A DNA stretch of 64,000 nt, from the NCBI GenBank assembly GCA_045606105.1, contig JAZURI010000003.1, positions 128,001 to 192,000 of the forward strand. Reading direction: 5' to 3'. How positions within the stretch are numbered: position 1 is the stretch's first letter; every line of letters begins with the position of its first letter. Origin of the DNA: Spirochaetia bacterium (GTDB lineage: Bacteria; Spirochaetota; Spirochaetia; CADAEX01). Shown in pieces: positions 29,692 to 40,521 of the stretch. A model generated the notes under the pieces. The model searched no databases, was not told the DNA's origin, and saw only the letters and a list, made by a program, of their open reading frames with translations. A program made the position numbers and the translations under genes.

Positions 29692-30709
29692 TTTTTATCC
29701 TTAAATCACTGTTTCCGATAATCCCGCCTACATTTTTCTTTCCGAGCAGAAACATGGTAAGCTTGAATTCTGTATGTATTTTTTCAATAAGCCTCACGAC
29801 TTCATCCGGAGATGAAAGGGCTGCTTTCAGGAACGGCAGGGCTGCTGCCCCCATTCCGGCACCCAGTGTCATTGCTTTCACAATGTCGGTTCCCGATCTT
29901 ATTCCTCCTCCGGCTATAAGGAACAGATCCTTTCTGTATTTTCCGGCCTGAATCAGGGATTCCGCTGTTGTCAGACCCCAGTCCTGGAATTTCAGTCCCG
30001 ATGAAGCCTCCTCTCCGCTGCAGAGATACTCTATCCTGCTCCAGGAGGTACCGCCCCTGCCGGCCACATCAATATATCTTATTCCGCAATTTATTAAAAG
30101 GGCATAATCATCGGATGAAAGACCGCAGCCGGTTTCCTTGATCATGAGAGGAACGGGAAGCTCCCATCTTATCTCCCTGATTTTTTCACACAGTCCGGCA
30201 AAGTTTCTGTTTCCGTTTTTCTGAATCATCTCCTGAAGGGGATTCAGATGGAGAAAAAGGGCATCTGCATCCATTATTTCTGCAGCTTCCCGGCACTCCT
30301 TCAGTCCGAAGCCGTAATTGAGCTGAACTGCTCCCAGATTTCCTATAAGGGGAACTGTAGGTGCATATTCCCTGAGTCTGAAGCTTTCCTCCGCATTTTT
30401 GTCGGAGAACATTATTCTCTGGGAACCGACAGCCATGGCAACACCGCATTTCTCCGCAGCTGTGGCAAGATTCCTGTTTATCCTGATGATTTCAGGGTCA
30501 GAGCCACCTGTCATGGAGGAAATCATGAACGGAAACGAAAGCTTTTTTCCGAGAAACATGACAGATGTATCAATATCATCAAAATCGGTTTCCGGAAGGG
30601 CCCTGTGAATCAGCCTGATTTCGTCAAGTCCGGAGCATTTCCTGTCGGCATCACTGTCGGAAAGACATTTTTCTATATGTGCCAGCTTTCTTCTGAGTAT
30701 TTCGCTCAT
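29684..30709 (-). CDS. fni: Type 2 isopentenyl-diphosphate isomerase
   Basis: RRKLAHI, SSMTGG, VGSQR, HLNPLQE, KETGCG, GRGGTSW. Confidence 0.95.
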   Translation of the reverse strand: MSEILRRKLAHIEKCLSDSDADRKCSGLDEIRLIHRALPETDFDDIDTSVMFLGKKLSFPFMISSMTGGSDPEIIRINRNLATAAEKCGVAMAVGSQRIMFSDKNAEESFRLREYAPTVPLIGNLGAVQLNYGFGLKECREAAEIMDADALFLHLNPLQEMIQKNGNRNFAGLCEKIREIRWELPVPLMIKETGCGLSSDDYALLINCGIRYIDVAGRGGTSWSRIEYLCSGEEASSGLKFQDWGLTTAESLIQAGKYRKDLFLIAGGGIRSGTDIVKAMTLGAGMGAAALPFLKAALSSPDEVVRLIEKIHTEFKLTMFLLGKKNVGGIIGNSDLRIKND

Positions 30710-31740
30710 CTGGTTTTATTTCCCCTTTCAATTCTGATATGGGCCTTCATGAGCTCTCCGGGATTGGCTTCTGCAGCCATAAGTGAAAGCTCTCCGCACA
30801 GTACTGCCGCACCGCATATTGCAGCCAGCCTCATGCTGTCGGCTCCCGGTTCATCACCGGAGCTGCATCCCAGATCTGTAAGATTCTTTTCGGCATAAGG
30901 GGCATTTTTTCCGTTTCCTACCGTTCCCAGTATGAGATTAGGCATGGTGCACGAGAAATAAAGTGCTCCGTTCCTGACCTCTGCATAGGTAATTCCCTGA
31001 GAGCCCTCTACTATGTTTGCCGCATCCTGTCCCGTTGCCAGATAAAAAGCCAGAAGCATGTTGGCATAATGGGCATTGGCGCTGCAAAGGCTTCCTGCCA
31101 GTATGGAGCCCAGAAGATTTTTTCTGTTGTTGAGGGAAACAATCTTTTCCGGTGTGGTATTGAGATATTCCCTGCATATTTCTTCCGGTACGGTTATTTC
31201 GGCAATTACATTCTTTCCTCTGCCGAGAATGCTGTTTACAGCCGATACTTTTTTATCGCAGCAGAAGTTTCCCGAAATAGAGCAGTAGGTAAGGGTGGTG
31301 AATTTTTCAAGGATCCATCCGAAAACCCTGTCTGCCGCATTGGTAACCATATTGTGTCCGGATGCATCTCCGGTAAAGAATTCAAGTCTGAGATATATGA
31401 GATTGGCTGCCAGCCTGTAGTTTATATCCTTCAATCTGGCAAATCTGGAGCTTTTGGATACTATTTTCTGTATTTCCTCTGCAGAATCCTTAATTTCTCC
31501 GGCACATCTCAGTGCTTCTGTCCCGTCAGGTGCCTCGAGGATGATGCTTCTGGTCATTCTGCTGTCTGTTACGGTAATTCCTATTCCTCCGGAAAGCCGG
31601 CTGATCCTGGCTCCCCTGGAGACCGAAAACCAGAGAGGTGTTTCAAGGGTTGCCAAAGGAACACTTATTTCCTCACTGAGAGCCCCTGTTATTTTTATCG
31701 GTCCTACATTCCTCATGGGAATCTGGGCAAATGTTTGCAA
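30706..31740 (-). CDS. mvaA: HMG-CoA reductase (short bacterial class I-like)
   Basis: PLATLETPL, TGDASGHNM, SGNFCCDKK, ATGQDAAN, GELSL. TTG start with SD AAGGAG. Confidence 0.92.
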   Translation of the reverse strand: MQTFAQIPMRNVGPIKITGALSEEISVPLATLETPLWFSVSRGARISRLSGGIGITVTDSRMTRSIILEAPDGTEALRCAGEIKDSAEEIQKIVSKSSRFARLKDINYRLAANLIYLRLEFFTGDASGHNMVTNAADRVFGWILEKFTTLTYCSISGNFCCDKKVSAVNSILGRGKNVIAEITVPEEICREYLNTTPEKIVSLNNRKNLLGSILAGSLCSANAHYANMLLAFYLATGQDAANIVEGSQGITYAEVRNGALYFSCTMPNLILGTVGNGKNAPYAEKNLTDLGCSSGDEPGADSMRLAAICGAAVLCGELSLMAAEANPGELMKAHIRIERGNKTR

Positions 31741-31750
31741 TATATTCTCC

Positions 31751-32824
31751 TTAAGTCAGATCCTGTCTGCCGTTTTCCCTGATCAATCCGAGAACATCCC
31801 TCAGTTTCTGGGATGAACCTTTTTTACATACCAGAGCTTTTCCGTTCTTTATTACAACAATTATATCATCAACATCGCACAAGGCAACAGGAATATCTGA
31901 AAAAACAGTACTGTTTTCAGAATTTACCCTGAAAATATCATCTTCCTTCCGCCCCTTCAGGAGGGTCTCGAACTGGTCCCAGCTTCCTATGTCGTTCCAG
32001 TCAAAATCTGCAGAAATGACTGCCGATGAGCTGCTCTTTTCCATTACGGCATAATCTATGGATATGGAAGGGGTTTTTCCGTAGGCCTGTGATACCTGAG
32101 CTGTATCCATGGCAATCAGGGCACCCTTTTCAGTGCGGGCTTCCCCGTTCTCTACCGATGAGAGTGCGGTGTATATTTCCGGTGCATGCTTTTCCAGCTC
32201 CCTGAGATAGGTATCTCCCCTGAAGCAGAACATTCCGGAGTTCCAGAGGCATCTGCCTGAGTCTATGTATTTCCTTGCCGTTTCCCCGTCAGGTTTTTCC
32301 CTGAAGGCCCTGATCCTGTATCCCGGCTCCTCCTTCTCTCCCTGCTCGATATATCCGTATCCTGTTTCGGGATAAAGGGGCTTGATGCCGAAGGTTACCA
32401 GAAAACCTTTTCTTGAAAGGATATCAGCCTTTTCCACACAATCTGTGAACAGGGCGGTATTGCTGATCATGTGATCCGCCGGAAGTACCAGAAGCGAACT
32501 GTCTGCTTCTCCCGAAAGCTCCATGTATCTGGCCGCAAGACCTATGGCCGGAGCTGTGTTCCTGGCTTCCGGCTCCGGTATGACGGCAATTTTTCCTCCC
32601 GGCAGAAAATCCCTGCATTCCTCAAGGACTGCCTCCATCTGCTTCTTAAGGGTAATGATGTAAATCTTTCCCCTGATATCCAGCTCCAGTGCTCTTTTTA
32701 CCGTAAGCTGAAGCAGTGAAAAATCATCCTGTACCTTGATGAACTGTTTGGGAAATTTTGAAAGGGATGCGGGCCAGAGTCTGGTTCCCGAACCGCCGGC
32801 CAATATCAGGACATTGTCTATCAT
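31751..32824 (-). CDS. manC: Mannose-1-phosphate guanylyltransferase
   Basis: LAGGSGTRLWP, EPEARNTAPA, PETGYGYI, SIDYAVME, WNDIGSW. Confidence 0.9.
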   Translation of the reverse strand: MIDNVLILAGGSGTRLWPASLSKFPKQFIKVQDDFSLLQLTVKRALELDIRGKIYIITLKKQMEAVLEECRDFLPGGKIAVIPEPEARNTAPAIGLAARYMELSGEADSSLLVLPADHMISNTALFTDCVEKADILSRKGFLVTFGIKPLYPETGYGYIEQGEKEEPGYRIRAFREKPDGETARKYIDSGRCLWNSGMFCFRGDTYLRELEKHAPEIYTALSSVENGEARTEKGALIAMDTAQVSQAYGKTPSISIDYAVMEKSSSSAVISADFDWNDIGSWDQFETLLKGRKEDDIFRVNSENSTVFSDIPVALCDVDDIIVVIKNGKALVCKKGSSQKLRDVLGLIRENGRQDLT

Positions 32825-32934
32825 ATTTATATTATCTTATTAATATAAATAAAATGCAAGACTCTTTATATTGCAAATATCTACAAGAAGGGATATAGTT
32901 AATATGACTTTTTTTGACTATTACGGAGGATATT

Positions 32935-35900
32935 TTGTATAAACCAGTCGATCCAAAAGTAGAATTTCCTAAAATGGAGGAATCTGTCCTCAGATTCTGG
33001 GAAGAAAACGATATCTTTAAAAAATCTCTTGAACAGCGTCAGGGCTGTGATGAATATGTATTTTATGACGGACCTCCTTTTGCAACAGGACTTCCTCATT
33101 TCGGACATTTCGTTCCTTGTACCATCAAGGATATCTATCCGCGTTACATGACCATGAAGGGAAAGCTTGTTGACAGACGCTTCGGATGGGACTGTCACGG
33201 ACTTCCTGTTGAATATGAAATGGAAAAGGAACTCAAGATTTCCGGTAAGAAGGAAATCGAGGATTACGGAATTGCAAAGTTCAACGAATCCTGCCGTTCC
33301 ATCGTACTCAGATACACCGGTGTATGGCGCAATACAATCACAAGACTGGGCCGCTGGGTCGATTTTGACAACGATTACAAGACCATGAATCCTGATTACA
33401 TGGAATCAATCTGGTGGGTTGTAAAGCAGCTCTGGGACAAGGGCCTTATCTACGAGGGCTCCTACATTCTCCCTTATTGTCCGAGATGCTCCACAGTTCT
33501 CTCAAACCATGAGCTTAACCTGGGAGGCTATCAGGAGGACCAGGATCCGGCAATCACCATCAAGTTCAGAATCAGAAACGAGGAAAACACATTTATCCTT
33601 GCATGGACCACAACTCCGTGGACTCTTCCTTCAAACCTTGCCCTTGCAGTAAATCCTGAAATCGAATATGTGAAGGTTAAGGATGGAGATGAGTGCTATA
33701 TCCTTGCAAAGGAAAGACTTGTATCATATTACAAGAACGAGGCCGATTACGAGCTTATCTGGACAAAGCCGGGCAAGGAGCTTGTAGGTACAGAATATGA
33801 ACCTATGTTCCCTTATTTTGCCGAGCTTGCCGAAAAGGGTGCCTTCAAGGTTTTCCCTGCAGAATATGTAACTACAGAGGACGGTACAGGTATCGTTCAT
33901 ACAGCCAACGGTTTCGGTGAAGATGACTATAACACACTGAAGGGAACAGGTATTCCTGTTGTATGTCCTGTGGATGCTGAATGTAAGTTCACCGCCGATG
34001 TGCCTGATTATCAGGGTCGTTTCGTAAAGGACTGTGACAAGGATATCATTGCAAGACTCAAGAGTGAGGGCAAGCTTGTTCTCCGTCAGCAGTATGTACA
34101 TAACTATCCTCACTGCTGGAGATGTCATTCTCCTCTTATCTACAGAGCCATTTCCTCATGGTTCGTTGATGTTCCTAAGATCAGGGAAAAGCTTCTTGCC
34201 GCAAACAGCCAGATCGACTGGGTTCCTGCCCACCTCAAGGAGGGAAGATTCGGAAAGTGGCTCGAAGGGGCAAGAGACTGGGCTATTTCCAGAAACAGAT
34301 ACTGGGGTAACCCGATTCCGGTCTGGAAATGTGACAAATGCAAGCATACCGACTGTATCGGTTCAAGGGCTGAGCTGGAAGAAAAGTCCGGCGTAAAGGT
34401 TGTGGATCTCCACAAGCACTTTGTTGATGACATTACATACAGCTGCTCCTGCGGCGGTACAATGAAGAGAATCCCTGAGGTTCTGGACTGCTGGTTCGAA
34501 TCCGGCTCCATGCCTTATGCACAGGTTCACTATCCGTTTGAGAACAAGGAGCATTTTGAACAGCATTTCCCTGCAGACTTCATCTGCGAAGGTCTCGACC
34601 AGACAAGAGGATGGTTCTATACACTGGTAATTCTCGGTGCAGCACTTTTCGACAAACCTGCATTCAAGAACGTTGTGGTAAACGGTCTGGTTCTTGCAGA
34701 GGACGGAAGAAAGATGTCAAAGAGCCTCAGGAACTACACAGACCCTGTAGAGGTTATCGACAAGTTCGGTGCCGATGCCCTCAGATTCTTCCTGGTTAAC
34801 TCTGCCGTAGTAAGAGCCGAAGACCTCCGCTATTCCGACAAGGGTGTAAAGGAAGTACTCAAGACTCTTATCCTTCCGCTCTGGAATGCATACAGCTTCT
34901 TTGTAACATATGCAAACATCGATAACATCACAGTTACACAGGCTCCTGAAAATCCAAAGAATCCTTTGGACCGCTGGATCCTTTCAGCTGTTGAATCCTT
35001 CATTCTTGAGGTTACCGAAAACTTCGATTCCTACAATATCCAGAAGGTAAATACAGCTTATCTTGATTTTATCGATACACTCAACAACTGGTATGTAAGA
35101 CGTTCCCGCCGCCGTTTCTGGAAATCGGAAAGCGACCAGGACAAGGAACAGGCATATCAGACCCTTTATACAGTACTGATGAAATTCATCAAGGCTGCAG
35201 CTCCTGTTATTCCGTTCACAACAGAAGAGATCTACAGAAACCTCCGCACAGAGGACATGCCTGTATCGGTTCATCTCTGTGATTTTCCTGTGGCTGACAA
35301 GAGCCTTATCGACAGGGATCTGGAAAACAAGATGGAGGTAACCAGAAAGGCAGTTTCTCTCGGAAGAGCCCTCAGAAGCGCCCATTCCATCAAGACAAGA
35401 CAGCCGCTCCATGCAGCATATCTTGTTACAAGAAACCAGACAGAAAAGGTTATTCTCCAGGAAATGGAAGGAATTATCGCAGAAGAACTCAATGTAAAGG
35501 AAATCAGTCTCCGCGACAACGAGGAAGAGCTGGTTGAATATTCCTGCAAGGCCAATTTCAAGATGCTGGGAAGCATTCTCGGAAAGGATATGAAGGCCGG
35601 TGCTGCTATTATTGCAGGCTTCGGAAACGATGAAATCCGTTCACTTCTCGACGGTGCCACACTCTCCATCGAGGTAGGGGGACAGAGCTACGATATCAAA
35701 GCAGATGCAGTAATTGTTAACAGAACCGAGAAAGGAAACCTGAAGGTAATGAACGAAGGTTCCCTTACAATCGGTCTTGAAACCACAATCACAGAGGAGC
35801 TCAAGCAGGAAGGTATCATCAGGGACCTTATCAGAAATATCCAGAATCTCAGAAAGGAATCGGGATATGAGGTTACCGACAGGATCAGCATTTCCATTGA

Positions 35901-36054
35901 CGGTGATGAAGAGATCAGAAAAGCAGTTGAAAGCTTCGGAGATTATCTCTTTGCCGAGACTCTTACTGAAAAGCTCAGCTGGGAAAAAACCGACGGCATG
36001 ACAGAATGCGAATGCGGCGACTACAAATGTTCCGTAGCAGTTGCAAGAAACTGA
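32935..36054 (+). CDS. ileS: Isoleucine--tRNA ligase (type 2)
   Basis: DGPPFATGLPHFGH, WTTTPWTLP, KMSKS. TTG 32935 follows SD GGAGG. Confidence 0.97.
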   Translation: MYKPVDPKVEFPKMEESVLRFWEENDIFKKSLEQRQGCDEYVFYDGPPFATGLPHFGHFVPCTIKDIYPRYMTMKGKLVDRRFGWDCHGLPVEYEMEKELKISGKKEIEDYGIAKFNESCRSIVLRYTGVWRNTITRLGRWVDFDNDYKTMNPDYMESIWWVVKQLWDKGLIYEGSYILPYCPRCSTVLSNHELNLGGYQEDQDPAITIKFRIRNEENTFILAWTTTPWTLPSNLALAVNPEIEYVKVKDGDECYILAKERLVSYYKNEADYELIWTKPGKELVGTEYEPMFPYFAELAEKGAFKVFPAEYVTTEDGTGIVHTANGFGEDDYNTLKGTGIPVVCPVDAECKFTADVPDYQGRFVKDCDKDIIARLKSEGKLVLRQQYVHNYPHCWRCHSPLIYRAISSWFVDVPKIREKLLAANSQIDWVPAHLKEGRFGKWLEGARDWAISRNRYWGNPIPVWKCDKCKHTDCIGSRAELEEKSGVKVVDLHKHFVDDITYSCSCGGTMKRIPEVLDCWFESGSMPYAQVHYPFENKEHFEQHFPADFICEGLDQTRGWFYTLVILGAALFDKPAFKNVVVNGLVLAEDGRKMSKSLRNYTDPVEVIDKFGADALRFFLVNSAVVRAEDLRYSDKGVKEVLKTLILPLWNAYSFFVTYANIDNITVTQAPENPKNPLDRWILSAVESFILEVTENFDSYNIQKVNTAYLDFIDTLNNWYVRRSRRRFWKSESDQDKEQAYQTLYTVLMKFIKAAAPVIPFTTEEIYRNLRTEDMPVSVHLCDFPVADKSLIDRDLENKMEVTRKAVSLGRALRSAHSIKTRQPLHAAYLVTRNQTEKVILQEMEGIIAEELNVKEISLRDNEEELVEYSCKANFKMLGSILGKDMKAGAAIIAGFGNDEIRSLLDGATLSIEVGGQSYDIKADAVIVNRTEKGNLKVMNEGSLTIGLETTITEELKQEGIIRDLIRNIQNLRKESGYEVTDRISISIDGDEEIRKAVESFGDYLFAETLTEKLSWEKTDGMTECECGDYKCSVAVARN

Positions 36055-36830
36055 TAATACCGTTTCTCCTCTGTATTTTCCTGCTGTCCGGTTGTACCAC
36101 TGCGGGAAAGGGGGAGAAATCAGACATCAGCCCGGAGGAGCTTCTTCCGGGAGGATGCTCCATGTATATCGGCGGAAGGGTTGATACTCTTCCTGCCGGA
36201 TTTACGGATATGCTGGAGGAAAACGGCATTCCGTCCCGTATCATTAAAAAAACGGAAAGAATCTATATTGCCTCAGATGACAATGACAGGCTTTCTGTCC
36301 TTTTAAGGGGCGATTACAGGCGTATCAGTGTCAGGGGTATACTGAATATAAAAAACAGGTTCGCCGAATCGGAAGAAACCGAACATCTCTATCACGACAG
36401 GGAGACCGGCAGCCACATCTATGTTCCCGATTACTTTACCATTGTTTTCACCCAGGATAAACCTGAAGCAATCCTGAACGGCAGCTTTCTGTCGGAAAAC
36501 AGTGATACCCGTTTTTCGGCAATGTTTACGGATGATATTTTTATCTACAGTGAAACAGGAGATTTTTCTGCCTTTACCTCTGCCGGGAAGGTTGGTGAAA
36601 ACTACCTTTTCAACTCGGTGCTGGATTTCGGTTCGGGAAGAAAGGCCAGGATTTTTTCCTCTTTGATAAGGCTTTATGTTGTTGACCTGATCAACAGGAA
36701 CAATCTTGATACAGATATCAGATGTGTTTCTGTGGATGGAGATTTCATACGAATCAGCAATATAACTGTTCCGGAAGATAAACTGGGAATAATTTTTAAC
36801 TTCTACAGATCGGAGATAACAGGAAAATGA
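36027..36830 (+). CDS. Hypothetical lipoprotein
   Basis: Lipobox LLSGC after a hydrophobic stretch; stop overlaps the hisH start. Start position uncertain. Confidence 0.7.
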   Translation: MFRSSCKKLIIPFLLCIFLLSGCTTAGKGEKSDISPEELLPGGCSMYIGGRVDTLPAGFTDMLEENGIPSRIIKKTERIYIASDDNDRLSVLLRGDYRRISVRGILNIKNRFAESEETEHLYHDRETGSHIYVPDYFTIVFTQDKPEAILNGSFLSENSDTRFSAMFTDDIFIYSETGDFSAFTSAGKVGENYLFNSVLDFGSGRKARIFSSLIRLYVVDLINRNNLDTDIRCVSVDGDFIRISNITVPEDKLGIIFNFYRSEITGK

Positions 36831-37432
36831 AAATAGGTGTTGTGGATTATAAGGCAGGTAACCTGAGAAGCGTTGAGAACCTTCTCCGTTATCTTGATGC
36901 AGATTATATAATTTCAGGCAGAGGGGAGGAGCTTATCAAATGTGACAAGCTTCTTTTTCCGGGTGTCGGAGAAGCCTCCTATGCCATGAATCAGCTTAAG
37001 AGCTCCGGTCTTGATACCATGATGCGTGAGTTCTGCAAATCCGGTAAGCATATTTTCGGTATATGTCTCGGATGTCAGATTATTCTGGAGCACTCCGAGG
37101 AGGGTGATGTAGATTGTCTGGGGCTTATTCCGGGAAAGGTAAGGAAATTCCCTTCCGGCAGGCTCAAGGTTCCTGAAATAGGCTGGAACAATATCCGCAG
37201 GCTGCAGGACAATTATATCCTGAAGGATGTTCCCGACAATGCCGATGTCTATTTCGTCCATTCATACTATCCTGACGTGGAAAGCAGATACGGTGTTACC
37301 GAAACAGAATACATGCTGAAATTCAATTCCGTAATCAGCTGCGACAATGTTACTGCCGCACAGTTCCATCCTGAAAAATCGGGCCGGATCGGAATACAGA
37401 TCATGAAAAACTTTATCGAGTACGGAGCCTGA
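36827..37432 (+). CDS. hisH: Imidazole glycerol phosphate synthase, glutaminase subunit
   Basis: GNLRSV, PGVG, GICLG, YFVHSY, QFHPEKS. Confidence 0.96.
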   Translation: MKIGVVDYKAGNLRSVENLLRYLDADYIISGRGEELIKCDKLLFPGVGEASYAMNQLKSSGLDTMMREFCKSGKHIFGICLGCQIILEHSEEGDVDCLGLIPGKVRKFPSGRLKVPEIGWNNIRRLQDNYILKDVPDNADVYFVHSYYPDVESRYGVTETEYMLKFNSVISCDNVTAAQFHPEKSGRIGIQIMKNFIEYGA

Positions 37433-37434
37433 AC

Positions 37435-38202
37435 ATGCTGAAGAAAAGAATAATCGTATGTCTTGATGTAAGAGACGGAAAGACTACAAAAGGGATAAAA
37501 TTCAAGGGAAACGTCGATATCGGCGATCCTGTGGAAATGGCTGAAAGATACTATGAGGCCGGTGTTGATGAGCTGGTTTTCTACGATATTACAGCCTCTG
37601 CCGAAAAGCGGGGGATAATGATTGATGTTGTGGAAAAGGTAGCCTCCAGAATATTTATTCCGTTTTCCGTAGGGGGAGGAATCTCCTGTGTTGATGACAT
37701 GAGAAGGGTCCTTCTTGCAGGGGCTGAAAAAATAAGTGTCAATTCCCAGGCTGTAAAGAATCCTTCAATCATAGAGGAGGGTGCCTCTATTTTCGGAAAG
37801 CAGTGTATTGTTCTGGGAATGGATGCTGCAAGGGATCCTGATATGCCTTCCGGTTACAGGGTGGTAATCAACGGAGGAAGGACTCCTACCGATCTTGATG
37901 CTCTGGCCTGGGCAAAAAAAGCGGTTGACCTCGGCGCCGGTGAGCTTGTTCTCAACTCCATCGATGCAGACGGAACAAAGAACGGTTACGAGCTTAACCT
38001 TACCAGAATGATTTCAGATAATGTTTCCGTACCGGTGGTTGCATCCGGAGGTGCGGGAAAGCCGGAACATCTCAGGGATGTGTTTATCCGCGGAAATGCA
38101 GATGCCGCACTGATTGCATCAATGGTTCATTACGGTGATTATACAATAGAAGGGATAAAGAAATATCTTGCCGGCGAAAAGGTGGATATCCGCCTTTCAT
38201 AG
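37435..38202 (+). CDS. hisF: Imidazole glycerol phosphate synthase, cyclase subunit
   Basis: [26 protein letters not shown]. Confidence 0.97.
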   Translation: MLKKRIIVCLDVRDGKTTKGIKFKGNVDIGDPVEMAERYYEAGVDELVFYDITASAEKRGIMIDVVEKVASRIFIPFSVGGGISCVDDMRRVLLAGAEKISVNSQAVKNPSIIEEGASIFGKQCIVLGMDAARDPDMPSGYRVVINGGRTPTDLDALAWAKKAVDLGAGELVLNSIDADGTKNGYELNLTRMISDNVSVPVVASGGAGKPEHLRDVFIRGNADAALIASMVHYGDYTIEGIKKYLAGEKVDIRLS

Positions 38203-38203
38203 G

Positions 38204-39058
38204 TTATTCTACAAGCTTCTCCGTATACTGGGTTATCAGCATATCCTCTTCTCCGTAGGGGAGGAATGCTGTAGGGGTGGAGGTGCCTCTTTTCATTGTT
38301 ATTATTCCGAGATAATGCTGCTCAGTTTCATTTTCACGGTATGTCAGTTCATAGCAGTCTGAGCCTGTGACACGGCCCTCCTTGTCAAGGTACCTGAGCT
38401 CAAGGATATTTTTCCCGTTATAGATGTACACAGAAAAGATACCATTTTTTTTCTCTCCGTTTATTTCAGCCTTAAATTTTTCATCGGAAAAATGGAATCT
38501 GATATTGTTTCCCGTAAAAATGCCGGAAAGGTATATTCTTTCTGTTGGTTCCGTTGTTTTTTCGGAATCTGCGTATCCCGTCATCCTTACATAGCTTCCG
38601 GTCCATATTACCTTTTCATTCTTGATGCCTGATTCCTTTACCGTTATCCAGCATTTGTCATCCGGGAAAAGCTGAATGGTGAAATTCATCCTGATGAACG
38701 GAATCATGTCATTTGTTCCCACCATGTAGAAGGTATTTGGCTGTCTGGTTTTGGAGAAGGCGGAGCATTTATATACCTCCTGAAGGTTTTCACTGCGGTC
38801 ATACATGATTATTTCATTTTCATCCTTGTTGTAATTGACTATGCACAGTGAGGTCTTGTCGCGCTTTATCCAGGTTCCGTCAAGACTGTCCGTAAAAAGA
38901 TCGGCAGCATCGGGCTCGGAATCATCGGCAACTATCTTCATTTCCGGATTTTCCAGGTTTGTGAACGGTGCCGGCTGGGTGTAGATGATTTCCTCTTCCG
39001 TTTTCTTTTCGGTACATGAGAATAAAAGGAATATGACAAGAATGAACCAAAATTTCAT
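38204..39058 (-). CDS. Hypothetical lipoprotein
   Basis: MKFWFILVIFLLFSC lipobox; 284 aa; no function supportable from the sequence. Confidence 0.7.
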   Translation of the reverse strand: MKFWFILVIFLLFSCTEKKTEEEIIYTQPAPFTNLENPEMKIVADDSEPDAADLFTDSLDGTWIKRDKTSLCIVNYNKDENEIIMYDRSENLQEVYKCSAFSKTRQPNTFYMVGTNDMIPFIRMNFTIQLFPDDKCWITVKESGIKNEKVIWTGSYVRMTGYADSEKTTEPTERIYLSGIFTGNNIRFHFSDEKFKAEINGEKKNGIFSVYIYNGKNILELRYLDKEGRVTGSDCYELTYRENETEQHYLGIITMKRGTSTPTAFLPYGEEDMLITQYTEKLVE

Positions 39059-39076
39059 ATCTGTTGAAATTATATA

Positions 39077-39445
39077 TCAAGGTCGGGTGTATTTCAACTC
39101 TTTATGCATGAAGTGCTCGATAAGCTTCTCCGTATCCTCTCCTGCAGGAAAGAGGAATGCAAAGTTCTTCCCAAGCTGTGGTGCTGCCTCGTATCTGAAG
39201 GGCTCTGTGATGTTTTTCCTGGTTTTTCTTATCTTTCCTTCAGCTTCCGGTTCCAGGGTTATGACAGTGCAGGAGGAAAATTCCAGGCTGAGAGTTCCTT
39301 TCCCTTCCTCTGTCCCCATCAGACCGTTGTAGATTACTACATCATACAGAACATTGCCTCCCGGGGTAAAACGACCGCAGAGAATATATCCGTTTTCCGG
39401 TATACAGCCAAGGGCTGCCGCCTCATAGATATCGATTCCTTTCAT
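39077..39445 (-). CDS. Hypothetical protein
   Basis: 122-aa ORF 4 nt downstream of the KamA-family gene, same strand. Confidence 0.6.
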   Translation of the reverse strand: MKGIDIYEAAALGCIPENGYILCGRFTPGGNVLYDVVIYNGLMGTEEGKGTLSLEFSSCTVITLEPEAEGKIRKTRKNITEPFRYEAAPQLGKNFAFLFPAGEDTEKLIEHFMHKELKYTRP

Positions 39446-39449
39446 TCTG

Positions 39450-40520
39450 TCACTCCGCAGGATACCTGTATCGGTTTCCCAGATAGTTTTCCAGTACTAT
39501 TTCACTCTCATCCTTTGATATCACATAGTTGTGGCTTATAGGAACCTTTCCCCCACCGCCGGGTGCATCGATCACATACTTAGGTACCGCATATCCCGAT
39601 ATGGCGCCTGTAAGGTCATGCATTATTTCTATTCCCTTCTCGACAGGAACTCTGAAATGGCTTATTCCCACGCTAAGATCGCACTGATGGATATAATATG
39701 GGCGGACCCTGGCCTTTACCAGCTTCAGGAGCAGTTCCTTCATTACAGGTGTGGAATCGTTTATTCCTTTAAGAAGCACGCTCTGGTTTCCCAGCGGAAT
39801 TCCTGCATCCACCAGCTTTTCACAGGCCTTTACAGCCTCTTCGGTAAGCTCCTTAGGATGATTGAAATGGGTATTTATCCAGATAGGATGATATTTTTTC
39901 AGCATGTTCACCAGCTCATCGGTTATTCTCATGGGAAGTGTCACCGGAGTCCTGGTTCCTATTCTTATGATTTCCACATGCTCTATTGCCCTTATGGAAG
40001 AAATTATCTCTTCCAGCTTTTCTGTAGGAAGTACAAATGGATCCCCGCCGGAAATAAGGACATCCCTGATTTCGGGGGTACGGGAGATATAGTCAACTGC
40101 ACATTCTATCTCCTTTCTGCCCACCACCGAGCATTCGTCGGAGCCCACGATTCTTCTTCTTGTGCAATGTCTGCAGTAGGAGCCGCACTGTACCGTAACG
40201 ATAAACAGAGCCCTGTCCGGGTACCGTCTCACCACATTGGGTACCGGATTGAAATGGACCTCTCCCAGAGGATCATCCAGGTCGGACTTGTCTCTTACGG
40301 TTTCCTTCAGCGAAGGGACAGCCTGAAGCCTTATGGGACAGTTTCTGTCATACCTGTCCATCAGCGAGGCGTAATAGGGGGTAACAGCCATCCTGAAGCT
40401 GCCCAGACATTTTTCTATATCCTCTTTTTCTTCTGCAGAAAGGGAAATTATCTTTTCTAGCTCTCCGGCTGTGGTTATCCTGTTAGCCAGTTGCCACCGC
40501 CAGTCCTGCCGGTTATCCAT
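39450..40520 (-). CDS. KamA family radical SAM aminomutase (lysine or glutamate 2,3-aminomutase-like)
   Basis: WRWQLANR, RYPDR, CGSYCRHCTRRR, SGGDP, HFNHP, NQSVLL, PGGGGK. Confidence 0.9.
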   Translation of the reverse strand: MDNRQDWRWQLANRITTAGELEKIISLSAEEKEDIEKCLGSFRMAVTPYYASLMDRYDRNCPIRLQAVPSLKETVRDKSDLDDPLGEVHFNPVPNVVRRYPDRALFIVTVQCGSYCRHCTRRRIVGSDECSVVGRKEIECAVDYISRTPEIRDVLISGGDPFVLPTEKLEEIISSIRAIEHVEIIRIGTRTPVTLPMRITDELVNMLKKYHPIWINTHFNHPKELTEEAVKACEKLVDAGIPLGNQSVLLKGINDSTPVMKELLLKLVKARVRPYYIHQCDLSVGISHFRVPVEKGIEIMHDLTGAISGYAVPKYVIDAPGGGGKVPISHNYVISKDESEIVLENYLGNRYRYPAE

Positions 40521-40521
40521 G

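Noticed and set aside
39531-40460. 309-aa + strand ORF
   Set aside because: Antisense shadow of the KamA-family gene; no recognisable motifs.
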